From the NCBI GenBank assembly GCA_040954595.2, contig CM082579.2:9165625-9229624 (forward strand): DNA of 64,000 bases, in the 5' to 3' direction. How positions within the stretch are numbered: position 1 is the first letter of the stretch; every line of letters starts with the position of its first letter. Source of the stretch: Balanoglossus misakiensis. Taxonomy: Eukaryota > Animalia > Hemichordata. A program made the position numbers and the translations under genes. Shown here piece by piece: positions 43,401 to 57,200 of this stretch. The notes beneath the pieces were generated by a model. The model made no database searches, was not told the DNA's origin, and worked only from the letters and a program-made list of their open reading frames with translations.

Positions 43401-46400
43401 TGCAGAGCTCCGTCATCGTCGGCGGCGGTCCTCGCAGATCCTTGCGGGCGGAGTAGGACTCCATGGACTGGGAGGCCAGCACGAGTAACACGATGAACAC
43501 CGAGTCCGAGGCACAGTGGCAGATAAATTTCACAAATGGAAGACGGGCAAGTTTGCCGATGGCGGAGCAGGGCGCCACCAAGTAAAAAACTGAGAGCAGG
43601 GGCGAGATCAGGGCCACGCATATAATTATGATAACCTTGAGGACCAGATGGTGGCGCCTCCAGCCGGTCAGGCCTTCGTACCAGAGTTCCGCTAGAAGCT
43701 GTTGGCAGTTCGGATGAGCAACAAACTACACAGAAGGAAAAAAAAATCGGAAAGAAAAAAGTTGTTAAAACATCAGTCGCTTGTTAAAATGTATAGGCTG
43801 GGCCTAAGTTGCACGTTTGTCGCCAGTGTTTGAAAACTTCGGTGAGCCTTTTTACACAAGTTTCCGTTGATTCCAAACCGTCGTATCGAAACATCACAAA
43901 GATATATACTAGTAACACCTATAATAGGATTTTGAGTTCTGGATTGAGATATATATCCATGCGATTGTGTTTCACACAGGCCACGTACCCTGCAGGGATC
44001 AGTTGTAACTTGGGTTTTAGGGTGGACGCATCACAACGTCCATGGCGCTTAGATATTGAGCATTAGCGCGTTGACCGACCAGGAAACACAGCTGACTGAA
44101 TATGTTGCTCTCTGGGCTTGTTACAATCCTTGTACAAAAATGATCAGTATCCTGTTGAAGAGTGGACCACCTATAAAACGGTGGTGCTACTGGGGGGCTT
44201 TATTGCCATGCATTCCGCGTACTTTTTTATTCAGACTGCTTAACATGCAGCTCAAATAACACCATTTGATCTATTTCGCTCAAACTTTAATCCTTCGTTT
44301 GAGATGTCGACCCGGCCGCATGTGGATGCGTTGACCTTATTACAACATTCACCTGCACACTTCAAGAGTTGCCCCCACTTTAAAATGGGATACGTTTCCC
44401 CGCGGGCATCAACATTATCGTTGTAAAATATCACCCTTTTTGTACTCACCGCTTTTTGCCGATATTTCACGGCCAGCTTGAGTCTGCTCAGTCGTTCGTA
44501 GCCGACCGGCGACGTCTCGTCCCTGTTGAGAATCACCTCGAGCTCCTGCGATCCCCTCGTCTGATCGAGCAAATCCTCAGAAAATGTTTTGCACTGCGCC
44601 ACCAGGGCCTCGTAGTCCGCCTTGAACTCGTTCTCGATTCTGGCCAGCCTGCGCAGTTCGGCGCTCAGCTCGAACGCCGTCAAAATCGGGTCCTCGCACG
44701 TCAGCGAGATGAGCGAGGGGCTGGACAGTGCTTTGTAAATGTTGAGTCTCGACCGCGAGTGCCGGAGTCCGTCGTGTTTTATACTGGCCTTGCAGTCGTT
44801 GCATCCGCATTTGACGGGGTGCGGTTTTGGAATGGAAGCCCCTCGCTCGATAAGCATTTTTAAAATCTCGTAATTGTTCCTGTGCGCGGCCAACATGACC
44901 GGCGTGATGTCGGGCGTGAAGTCCGCCGTCTCGTTCTGGCCATGCAGAATTTGCGCCTGGAAGGGAAAGAAAACGACAATTTTTCAATACTGGTGAGTTA
45001 CTAGTGAAAGATCCGTTGATCCCACATCACAGGAAACCTGGAGGGGGGTGGGGGGGGGGGCGATTCTCTGAAGTGCTCACACGGGCAACTGGCATGGTAC
45101 CATCGAAACTTGACCAAAGTGACCCAAAAGTTGTGTGGAACAATACAAAGAACCTCGAAAGAACTTTTTTCTATGGTAGACATACATCCGTCTTTACTGG
45201 ACTGCGTCTGGTGAATTTGCTATTCTGAGCCGCCCTCTGCGATGTATTCCACGAGAGTCCCGGCCAACTGATGCCCCGTGCACTGTATTGGAAATCACAA
45301 ACACGCGCAGGCGCATTACACTGTGTATTCTTGTGCCAACTTTGACAGTCTGCATATCTGAAAAGTCCAATTTCTTGATCGCTGAATGACCTCACTGGAC
45401 GTGTTTCTTGCTGGTATGACTGCATGCTTCATTTAATGTTATTATACAATATTCATCCTTTCAGTAACATTTAAAACTCATGTTTGTTCTAGGATGGGTT
45501 AGAGTGCATGTATGATTGACTGGCCAGAGTTTAAACTCAACATGGTAAACTCATATGCCAACAAAATGCCAGGATGTAAAGGTCACACGGGGGTCATGAA
45601 AATCCTCTATATTATCACTCCCTATACATATATACAGGAACAGACGTACCAAACCCAATCTCTAAAACCCCGCCGGGCCATATTCCGGTGGGGGCTGAAA
45701 ATGACATGCACGACGCGACGAAAATCGCGGAAGTTCCTAGATTAAAGCATATTGGACTACCTCTCACGATACCGCCAGTCCAATTTTCTAGCGTCCAAAC
45801 ATCATTATATAGCTTATTTCATATGTATTGGATGCAGTTTCCGCATCGTGCACACAACGCAGCCCCGCTGCACAGTGCCGCTTTCAACTCCCAGCAAATT
45901 TGAGTGATTGACGGGAAATTAGTTCGGAAAGACGGATGAAAAAGCAGCGGCGCAGTAAAGCCATATCTCGTTCTTGCCTGTCGAACCCTATCTCCGTTGT
46001 CGATCAAGCGCGTCTCTCCGCGAAGGCTGTCAGGCTCGCCGCGCCTGAGTCCGTTGGCGTTACTGAGCCGGTGTACACCATCGTATACTACAGTAATCAC
46101 GGAGCCCTGAATATCTCGTGAAGCTGTTCCCCCGTGATTCCACAGCTTCGACCAAGATGACACCGACACGATACAAATGTACAAAGCGACTGTTTTACAT
46201 GAATGTAATGTTAGATTTCCCGCGGCTGCTCATTTGTGTAGTAGGCATAAATACAATCACCATGCACCATCACCACAATAACAATCTTGAATTTTTAAAA
46301 AATCATTTTTTTGTACTTTGGGTCTGGATTATGGCTTGAGGAGTACAGGCTACAATAGCTTGGTTGTGTTTTTTATTTTGTCCTGCAGGAACCGGCTTTT

Positions 46401-48935
46401 GTCGAGTCATACAATTGTCGCCGATAACATTCACACGCACTTGAAAAGATAGCGCAAGTCCGGTATACATTTGTACTTGTAATACCCTTAACCTTTTTGA
46501 AAGTCACAGCGTTACGAGTTCTACGTGCGGCGCGGCACCACTGAAAACTGGAGCTCACGACGCAGAACAGAGACTTCAAGACGTTGCACTCAGAGAGTCC
46601 CACAAGGTCCGTCCCAATACCACACCTTCATGGTGTTCTGACGGCATAAAGCAAATGATCGCCAGATTCTCCAAAGACCTTCCATGCACGTGACTCTTGC
46701 ACGGGATTACAGCTAATTATTATCGCAGCTTCATTGCTGCCCACTTTTCACACCTGACTTTCACACCTCCTTGAGACACCTCAGTAGGCGCGTTGTCCAC
46801 CCGTGTCTAATGAGCAGACTTTGTTCTTGGAGAGTTTTGAAGAGGTCGAGTTAATGCAACAACAGTGCTCTCGATCGGACTTCAGTCGCCAATTTCACTT
46901 CAGTTTAGGCGGTCATATTATAATGGAGAATTTGACAGACCGTTTAAAGGCCGACTATCGTCTTATGCGCATGTGTGTACAAACATTACGTCCAATCCAT
47001 TTTTTGCGAATTTTGCGTGCGACGCATTGAAATCGTGCACTGCCCGCACCTTCCACATTTTAAGTGCTCCGTATAAGTAGACTTAAGTTTCGTCCCTTCT
47101 TTTAACCCTTTTGCTCTTATCTGGTTTGGCACATGCGCAGAAGACGATCGTCGCCCTTTAAACAGAAGTGTACTAATGTAACAAATGTGTACAGTACAGC
47201 CAACGCGACAGAAAAACCCCTTATTATAAACAACACATCGGCGGTCATATGAGTTCCCTTGTGTATATTGATCGAGCGGTTACCTGGAGACACGAACGGG
47301 GCTGGTTTAATTAAAAAGCAAACGAGTCCCAGAGGTCTCCAGAAACACGGTTGTAAATAACCACAGAAACGACATCGTTTGATAATAAACTCCATCCGTA
47401 CCTGATTGTGAACTTGACCTAATGGATCATGTAAGAAATTGCGGCTGTACGATAAATTCCCTTTCCGTGTCATTAAATCAACCATAATCCGCAGGAGCCG
47501 ATGCTTTGACAAAATTTTACTTGGTAATAAACGTTTTGCTGCGCAGCCATAATTTTTTTTTATTACCGCGAGTTTACAGGGATAAAAGGTCAGAGCGAGG
47601 GAAAACAGATATTGCAATAACCCTTTAACGGTTACAACCGATGCATATTTCATAATGTCGTAAACTTTCGATGATTTTAGTAGCGCTTTAGATTAAACGA
47701 CGATGAAGTACTAGCATTTTGAAGCACTGAAGTCCACCAACCCACAGTACAAACGTGCGCGCGCAAATGGTGGCAGTGAAAGCGATGGAGCGCGCACTTG
47801 TCGGTCTGAACTGACGTTCTGACGTCACAAATTGCGGATTCAGGGTGTCGAGTACAGACACGAAATTTATGTCCACTCGCTCACTGTAGGATAGGTCGCG
47901 CGGGCATCGGCAATCTTGTTCGAGAGGGTGGAATTCAGTTAAACTACGACTAGGAGGGGAAATACGTTCTTTCTATTACAATTTCCCAGAAATCACTCGC
48001 AAAACTCAATTCCAAGAAGCTTGAATTCATCACAGTATGCAAATTTATAAATACGCTGAAATTAAATTGCTTCCGTTTGAAAAAAAAATAATCCCTAATA
48101 GGTCTTTTCTGCTTCGGAGTAATTGTTGAGTCATCATCACCAACCACCACTGCGCTATACATTTTATATATTGTGGTCACCACCGGTCGATAATTGATTT
48201 TGGTAACGCACATCGTGTTTTAACTGCATAAACATAGTTTTTTAATCTTTAGTCCGATGAAATAATTGAACATCCTTAAAGTGATTAAGGCTGTAATAGA
48301 GCGTGTTTTTTGGGGGGAGGGGGTGTTTCACGTTCAATCATTACACCAAAGCCACCTATTCGGGCCAAAGCCAAATTTTTGGTGTTGTTAATCTTTGCAT
48401 CTATTCGGGTTTCTGCATGCTATGCTCGATAGTGTGACTTGTCTCCAAACCCATTGCTACGGTAATTAAGCAAGTCTCGCGAGAACTCGCAAAGAGCGGA
48501 AACTCGCCTATTGCCCGTCCTGCCACCTCGCTGTGCACATCTTTTTGAATAAAGAATGCGACTTACCCTGATGTCCTTCTTGCCCGTGGGTTTGTGCTTG
48601 AGTATCAGATCGACGGCCTCGACCACCTCCTCATCGATGGCGTGCAGCAGCGCGTCCCCAATTTGCACGTTGTGGGAGAGCAGCAGCTCGATGATCTCGA
48701 TGTTCTCGTTCTGTATTGCTATAAGGAGTGCCGACCTGCCCAGCGAGTCCGAACAGTTGATGTTGATGTTGAAGTAGACGGCGGCCTCCTCCAGGTAGTG
48801 GCGCACGGTGGGCAGGTCTCCCTTCTCCACCGCCAAGAGGTAGAGCCGCTCCTCCCCGGACAGCGGCTGGTCCTTGCGCACTATCTCCAACGGTATGCGA
48901 CCACTCGTGTGGTCCACCGGATAGTAAGGCGGCAT
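32514..48935 (-). CDS. TRPC4/5: Short transient receptor potential channel, TRPC4/5- or TRPgamma-like, about 1077 aa
   Basis: Exons (-): 48935-48567 (ankyrin repeats), 44956-44450 ([30 protein letters not shown]), 43725-43383 ([11 protein letters not shown]), 43272-43133 (WWNLLDF), 42943-42852, 42296-42072 ([11 protein letters not shown]), 41634-41439 (pore [12 protein letters not shown]), 41043-40849 (TRP box [18 protein letters not shown]), 38616-38575, 33638-32514 (coiled coil, [12 protein letters not shown]). Total 3234 nt in phase. An acceptor at 48958 implies upstream UTR exon(s). Confidence 0.95.
33846..34910. repeat. Three near-identical tandem copies of a ~354-bp unit containing the left TIR
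   Basis: caggtggaaatttc.gaaaatgagcattt recurs at about 33850, 34204 and 34558. Confidence 0.92.
35744..37964. mobile_element. Second TIR element nested in the Academ-like element (left terminus truncated)
   Basis: Long inverted repeat: cttggctcagatgtgtgttaatgtgtactaaacaaattcagatagcgagccac... (35744-~35990) versus ...gtggctcgctatctgaatttgtttagtacacattaacacacatctgagccaag (~37660-37902). The right end continues to ...GGCCGCTCCACTA at 37964. Confidence 0.7.
36240..36960 (-). mobile_element. Degenerate L1/Tx1-type LINE ORF2 fragment
   Basis: Broken minus-strand peptides in the expected order: [13 protein letters not shown] (like the RT-end K.LG..F motif), [12 protein letters not shown] (like GGL..iD), [10 protein letters not shown]. 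Many stops and frameshifts. Recognised by eye only. Confidence 0.5.
40216..40227 (-). CDS. Candidate 12-nt in-frame microexon (PEVQ) of the TRPC gene
   Basis: Minus strand: ...cctctcacatttcccactaacgatacacag|CCCGAAGTCCAG|gtaagc. Phase 0 on both sides, matching the flanking exons. Confidence 0.55.
40428..40488. repeat. (TGAT)n microsatellite
   Basis: Direct sequence. Confidence 0.9.
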
Positions 48936-51900
48936 GGTTGCCTCGTTAATTCATGTCCTGAAATCACACAAAAAAGAACATACGAAAATGAATATTGGAA
49001 AGATGACGTGTTCACATCCGGGGAACCTGCTGTCAATCGACATATGCACTCTCTTGGCGACCAGTACCACGTGTGATAACATACTTCTTGACACAACTTT
49101 TTGACGATAAGATGCAGCTGAGATACATCTGTTAGTTTGTTCGTACAAAATTAACCCCGTTCGCAGTAGACATCGACCACAACATTTTAAACAACAACTG
49201 ATGTCTGGAAACCGGTTGATGTATAAAGCGTCTTATCAGCACCTGTCGGTTTCACCGATGGCACGGTATTCACAAATTCTGTAAATAAAACGTATGGTTT
49301 GATGTCGTCACCCTTGCCAACAAATCTCATATGATCATAGCTTTTGGATGTGTGTAATAGTTTCGAATACATAGTACACTTTGGGAGTCTGCATTTTTGC
49401 CATGCGCGTCACGATGCCCACAAGAAGACAAATATTTGCTGGTACGGTATATACGGTCGGAAACTTTGAACACAGTGACAAATCTCCACAAGCGTTAGAA
49501 CTCTCAAGATATGCAACGAGACCCCTTGGTAATACAGATTTATCATAAAGTGTCACCTATAGGCTATATCAAGATAATGTGTCCTACGTCGAACATCACC
49601 ATAACTCTGTATTTCAAGAATTCGTGACGCGTTTGTGCTGACAGGGTGTGCGTGCGTGCGCAGCATTCAAAAGGTCGTCCTCCTACAAAACACGTTTAAA
49701 ACTGCAAATGTGTGGGTCTTTTTTATCCCGGCCAACGCAGTAGAGCTTGACCGAAGTTCATAATAAAAAAAAAACGTGACACTTAATACAGCGAATGATT
49801 TGTCCGTTCTTATGAATTGACGTCACACAAAAAGTATATAAGCTTATTACAGTCAGATAGTGAAAAGATACAAACAAATAAATCTTTACAATGAAAACTA
49901 TATTATTTACGCTTACAAAGCTTCAAAGGACAATGACGGTGCATGTTCGTGGAATGCTCCGTGGTTTGATGTGAACATAGCCGTGAACTGTCAGTTAATC
50001 AGTAATGCCCCACAAAACGACCAAAAAAAACATAAAAATGCACAAATCAACATGTTCTCCCGTCAACCTATTGTAATAACGTTAAGCGAAAAATTTTGAT
50101 CAACTTCTTCTGGGAAAAACACCCATGTCAGTGCCCGACTTTAAAATGCTTGCTCTTTCAGAAATTGGACCATAAATGATTTTTATATTCCAAATTACAC
50201 GTTGGCGATTTTAATATTAATATTTACCGCCCCAGCGCGCGCAGCAGACACGGATAGAGGTCGCCGAATAGACATTTGAAATAGTTAAGACCTTGAGGCT
50301 ATCAATGAGATTGAAACCCCGTCACGGTATAGGCAAAGCAGGAAATATTTATTATGCGGGTTATTTGTTGATATCAGGCACAAGTCTGCCGATTTTGCTT
50401 TAGCGCTTTCCAATCCCCTTTGTAAATAGTAATTCAAAACACATGTCATCTTCGGTGGGGATTTCAAAATTGACTAAAGTGAGGACTACCCTCGGGTCGA
50501 TAATTAAGTTAGTACCACGTCTTTCATATTCCTCATACATCTACCGTGGGATCGAAGGATATTGAACTCGGTAAGCTACTGCCAGCGAAACACCCAGCGA
50601 TGTTGCTGTGTTTAGAGATACTAGCATGACGCATGAAACGCACCCCCTGCTGTGAGCCGTTTCATCTACAGAATAAAAACAGGGGAACAAGATCTCACGG
50701 ATCACCAGTGGCCAATATGAATTTAATTCACAGGTGTTGCCCAATCGTCGAACCGTGAAAGGTCAGGAACTCCGTGTTCCTGTCTTCGAAATTAGACCGC
50801 CTTTCTTATGAACGGAGCAAGGTTGATCGTGGCAGGTTCTTCCGAGAGAATGACATTTCGCTGAATGGGACACCATTAATTGCTTATGTTTGCATATCGT
50901 TTCACGAGGTGTTTCGAAGCTATTTGTTGCCATGTAAACGTTAACGGCTATTATCTACGTAATGAACGCGCACACTTTCCCTCGGAGTCGCTCTGGCTGG
51001 GCCATGACGAGTCGGCAAACACACTGCACTGTTTTCGCGTGAATGACCCACTTTACTTGCCTTCGCGGACAGAGTGTATGGGAGTCTGTATCAACTACAG
51101 GCTTAAATGCCATGTCACCATTTTGAAATATCCGTCTGTAAGGGTTTACATGTCTCGCGAGAATACAGCCCAGAGATAACATGTATTTGGATTGAGTAAT
51201 GGTTTGTATTAGACATTATACCATGTACTCATCCATGCCATCAAAAACAATGCTAAACAATTATCTTTATAAAAATTAATAAGAAGCGAAAGAATTGATA
51301 TGAAAAAGTCGTGAGTTTTTGCGAATTTATTTATTTATTTATTTATTTTTATATATTGTCTGCCAGTTACTTCAATTTATCGAAACCTGTCCACTGTTTA
51401 CAAGATGGCGACCTGGTGCTTCAGGCAGGGCGCGCGTCCAAACAAATCGTTTATAGCTGGTCACGTGTTTGGGCGACTTCACTTCTCAATCACCAACGAA
51501 TCCGCGCAAGTAAAGTGATTCAACGCCTGAAGTCGTATTGGGGTAGAATTTTAATTTCCAATAATCTTTAAACTCATGACCAAGCATGAAATGTTATTCA
51601 CAAGTTCGCCACCGTGCGATACAAGGCTTTTCGAGCAAACACATTCGTCTCATTTATCATTCTGCGGTGGAGGTGGTGGGTTTGCGATCGTAGATTTGTC
51701 ACCGAGGCACAAACTAACTGCTCTCTTGTGGCGAAAACTAATTCTATATATGCCGTCTTACTGTGCACTGTGTACATAGACTCGAGGTGTGTTGTTCAAA
51801 TTTGCGAATGTGGGGTTCGCAAGGGGTTTGGGAAACGGTGAAAGTGCCTGATTGTGACATCGATTTTCAGTTGTGCGGAGATTGGTTTAGAGTCTGTGTT

Positions 51901-53760
51901 TTTTCCCAGCCGTCCTGGGTCACAGAAACACTTAGTCTCTATTGATTGTAACTAGTAGTAGTTCGGCGGTACTAGTATCTAAAAATAGTCTCATTATCTC
52001 CGTTTGTAATCATATCATGATATATGACTTATTTAATAATATCGCGCTGCCTAGGTTTTTATATTGTGTTGAATTTGGATTTTATTGTATACCATAGTAC
52101 CAAGTCATCAGTAGGACTGTTCTCGGCAGTGGAATTTATTTGCAATACTCTCTCCAACCAACGTTGTTCCTTCTTTTGTCGGTCCGATAGGTCGTATGGA
52201 TAAAGGGGATCGCTTGTATGCAATCTCGCCATGTGGCTGAGCCATGTCTTTTCCTTTCAGTTTTGCTTCCGTTGATGAAATACGGCACAGATTTTGATTT
52301 ATCAAAAGAAGCGGACAAAACTGGTGACGATGACATGTTTAGCAGTGTCGCGCTAATTAACTACTAATTTGCATAATGACCGCGTTGATGCAATTATCGC
52401 GTTGCAACACAGAGGTGTTGCGCCATATTTAATGAAACTTGCCAGGAATATTGATTTCCTAAAGATTTGACTTGTAATATAGAGACGAGACGCACTAAAG
52501 GACAGAGAGGGGTTTCCGACAACTTATTCCTGATTTACACACCTCCAGTCTTATGATATCTCAATCACGTGAGCATATTCGGTTAACATCTGGTTGTGAC
52601 TTCTCAAAATTTAAGTGCAAGCCAACGTGAACAGAGTGCTAATAAATTCAATGGCCTTTTTCGCGAACCGATATTTACTGGATAACTGGTAGACATCCAA
52701 AGTTGGCTTTTGGCAGCGAACAATGACGCCTGGAAACTCACAACGAAATTAATAACCAGAGATGCAGCTACAACCAAGCTTTGCATGCGGGTCTCGTGCA
52801 GCGACAAATCACCTGGTAATTATGGGTGATATTCAACAATCCGGCAACCGCTCGCTATTCTCCAATTTTCAGTCCATAAGTTCGCAAATCGTCATTACAC
52901 TCTTCGTTTCCTGCGCGTGCGCACACGCGCAGTTTCCAGCTACACGTAAAAAGCGTCGGGACTGTTGTTACCCGAAAGTTGCGGCTCGGATACCAGACGG
53001 GGCGTGTTAGATAAATGATATATCCAGTTACAATTCATACAAAATGAAAGTGGCAAACATGTCAAAATGATGGCGGCTCTTTCCCGATGACGCAAACATG
53101 CCACAAGCAATCTGGCGACGACGATTGTAAGACATCAGACGTGTTTGCAGAAGGGAGAACTTGCAAATGTTAACACCACCCGCTGTGATAAAATTTTGAC
53201 AGGTTTTTAACGCTGTTTCAACATGAGCTGTCGCAAAAACAAAGAGTCGTGCATCGGGAGCTTTAACGTCAGGTCTTTTGGAATTAAACGGACGACCAGC
53301 TTGGCGCCAAACACATCTGAGCTGTGTATGCAATTTATGGGCTTGGACAAAAGATGGAAATTATGATTAGCACCATCAGATACGGTCCAGTTGATTGCCA
53401 TATTTTAATTGAGTACTATCTGTATAGTATCATCTCAACTTGCTCGCGGTTGTTGCTGATGTGACACAAAAGAATAATTTCTTAATGGTGGCAAATGGCG
53501 CAGAACGGTGGCAGAAACTATAACAGAGTAATCAAACGTGTGCATGGCCACCATCCCCTGGGCCCTCAGTGGACATTCAGCATGCATGGTTAAGCCGCCT
53601 TCACCTAACTGCATGGTCAATGTCCGACGTTAATCTCCCAGGCTAAGCTTGGAATATTAATATGTAAAGACCGAGCCACCAACCTGAAACTTACGGGATG
53701 TAAGTTTCAGAGTACGGCGGAAGTGGTTGGTCGCGAAAGTCTTCCTAAGAACTGTTTCCG

Positions 53761-54241
53761 TACGTACGTACGTACGTACATACATACATACATACGTACA
53801 TACGTACATACATACGTACGTACATACCTACGTACGTACGTACGTACGTACGTACATACGTACGTACATACATACATACATACATACATACATACATACA
53901 TACATACATACATACATACATGCATGCATGCATACATACATACATACATACATACATACATACATACATACATACATACATACATACATACATACATACA
54001 TACATACATACATACATACATACATACATACATACATACATACATACATACATACATACATACATACATACATACATACATACATACATACATACATACA
54101 TACATACATACATACATACATACATACATACATACATACATACATACATACATACATACATACATACATACATACATACATACATACATACATACATACA
54201 TACATACATACATACATACATACATACATACATACATACAT
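53761..54241. repeat. (TACA)n/(TACG)n microsatellite, about 480 bp
   Basis: Direct sequence; source of the MYVC/TYIH ORFs. Confidence 0.97.
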
Positions 54242-57200
54242 CTATACGTGTCACATTTATTGTAAGCATACTGCATTGTTCATTGCCCGTGCAAGATAAA
54301 TGTCCCATTAGACTAATTGAAATATTTTAATTAAGAAGGCGCAATAAACGCCCTTTGTGTCGTCTGGTGAAGTACACCCGCGCAAGGTCTTGTAGCTCTA
54401 ATAAAATAAATAAAAATAGAACCCATGTTTTATAGCCATGTTCCGTTCATAAATTCGAATTTCAAAATAGAGTCGATACAAACAGATCTCCCTCAACACA
54501 AATGACCGTTTCACGTGGGACGAAGCACTCAAGCGGTAGATGAGTTTATCAGAACATTGTGTTCGCGCGAAATGTGTCAACGCGACACAGCCAAAGTAAT
54601 CTTAATCCGGTCTTTTCAACGGTGGTTTGAAGGGTGAGGTTATACGGGAGAACGTGTATGTACCGAGTTTACCAATGTATCGCCTGTCGAATAGAGAAAT
54701 ATTATCTTTGCGTCTTTACAAGGAGACACACAACCTCGAAGAAACGCGGAGTGTATATCACAATAACCATCGACTCTTTATTACATGTCGTTATCTTGCT
54801 TACAGCCCAACACCTTTTCATCTTGTCAGTTTCGATATCGAGGCAGACGTCATCCCACAAAAGCGCGCGCCGTAGTTGGATAGCAGACGCGACGATATTG
54901 TGGTTACTGAAATCGGATTCCGTGTACAGCAATGGCTTTTCTGCAGTCCTTCTTTGCGAGTAACGACGTCTCTGTATGTAAATAGACGCTATTTCCACCA
55001 CGTTTCTTCGCTAAAATATTGCTTCGCGGTTTATTTTCTTTTACAGGAAAGTCGCAACTCTGTAAAATAAATCACCCTGTAACGCGATCATCTTAACATG
55101 TTTTTTTTTCTCACTGTGCATATTCGTATAGTGAATCGCATAGAAAAACTAACTAATGAATGTTCCAATATAGGTTAATGCAAATTATCGCATTGCCTAG
55201 AAAGGCCACAATGTATGAAACAAAAATCTTACAAACCGAAAAACCCCCAAACATTAACCTTATGTGCAACCGTTGACACGGGAGTTGCATAGTTGACATA
55301 TACCTGAAGAATACATCCCCGGTTTCATACATCGCCGTATTTAATACAGTTAACTGCAGGAACTACGCAACACACATAAAACGATATAACAGTCTTTTTT
55401 ATATACCACCGCTCTTTATACTCGTTCCTAAATAATTCAATATTCCTTTTTTATCTACATGCTGCCTCTGTGTATTTTCGTTAAAAGCTTAAGTGACGTC
55501 TCCCCCGTAAAGATGTAATGTTTCATGCACATAAGAAAATGGAGAGTAACGAGGCACGCTGAAGGCAGACGTATAATACTAGGTGCCCGTGTATAGTGGC
55601 ACCTTAACATGTATTTCTGTGAATACGAACAAAGACAAGGCGTTAGGCCTAATTTCCGCGTCAACAGGTTCCCCTTTAACAGAAGATAATCGATTGCCTG
55701 CATGGAGTGTCGCACGTTTTGCTCTATGACGCAAACTCTGTTAATTTAAACGAGAAAAAAAATTCGCAAGAGCGATGCATTATAAATGATATACAGTGTT
55801 CAACAACACTTTGGGGGATAGCCAACATTCCCATGCTTGGGTACAGAAACCTTGAAAATAGAGTTGTCGCCGAAGTATCACCTGGAATGAATACGTTACG
55901 GCTAACGACCCGTAGCAAGATCTCTCAAATGGCGCGAAAGAATCTTAAACGCGAAACACAACTTGCAGTCGAGTCAGGGAGACATTCGGTTGCTTCTAGA
56001 AATGAAATCCTAGTTCGGGCCCATTACACGGATCTTCTTCGTATTTGGCCTCTCTCCCTCTCGAGAAACAATGTTCGAGCGAGTGCGGGATTTTGAGAAA
56101 TGAACATGCCAGGTATAAAATGCGGTCCTGAAATTAGCCACTGGCACTCACGACTTGTTTACGGTATCCATTAATTCGTCAAAAAAGAATTCGAGCAAGA
56201 TGAAGTCTCCGAGGTCAAAGCACGTCGTGATCTCGTTACCGGGAGGATTCGAGAATTAAAGTGTCCCTAGTAGGCAAGTTGGCTTATTTTCGACTGTGTT
56301 GACGTTCGAACCGAATGCGAATGTGACGTCTCGCGGTGCTCCCGTCGCAGCAATTGGAAATTAGATTGCTTTCTGCAACCCGTGCGGTGCACTCTCGCGA
56401 ATATGGTAGAATGTGTGTCGTATATATTCAGGACCGCTTATCCTAACCTATTTTCGCCGGTTTATATCCATCACGACTCCATCAGTGCAACACTCGCCTC
56501 AAAAATGGACATGCGCACCACTGGCTGCATCGTGCCCGCAGCTGTAGAGCATTCAGCGAGAGTCTCCCGGATCATTGCACATGCAGAAATGAATGCAGAG
56601 GATTATAAGGGAATCCTTGGGACAATTACGCGAGCCTTGTAGCAATCAGTCAATTAGGGGCGACTTCTCCGAAAAGATTACCTGCATTTATTGTTTCAGC
56701 TCGGTCTTAACCCGCGGCCCCGTGGCTAGTGCATTTTCTTATAATGCACTAATGGATGTTCCTGTTAAAATGGAATCATTCACTTCCAACTTTCAGACAC
56801 CTTATGTCAACTGAGGAGACGACCATTGCCAAATTGCCTCCTTAAGTCGGTAATACTACGTATGAATCATGTAAAGGCTTAAAATTTCAGCATCAACTGT
56901 TACCACCTTTTTCTAGAAGACTGTAGGTAGGACACTGCGTATAGCATTTGCCACATGAGATAACAACACATGTAAACCTAATCACTAATATCTATCATGG
57001 AAGTGGCGGTTGTGGCTTGTTTCCATTACAAGACAGTCAGCAACAGCGCTTTTTATCTTACATTTTCATTTCTCCCTAAAGTTCATGTTCTGGGTTATTT
57101 CGTCACATGAAATAGGATTATTACATTCTGAAAAAATAAACTATTTACAATTTTTTGCCAACTGAGGGGTAAATTTCTCTGTGGAGCAGAGTTAGCGCCG

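Noticed and set aside
53707-54330. Long MYVC/TYIH ORFs (also 62495-62813)
   Set aside because: (TACA)n microsatellite lacking stop codons.
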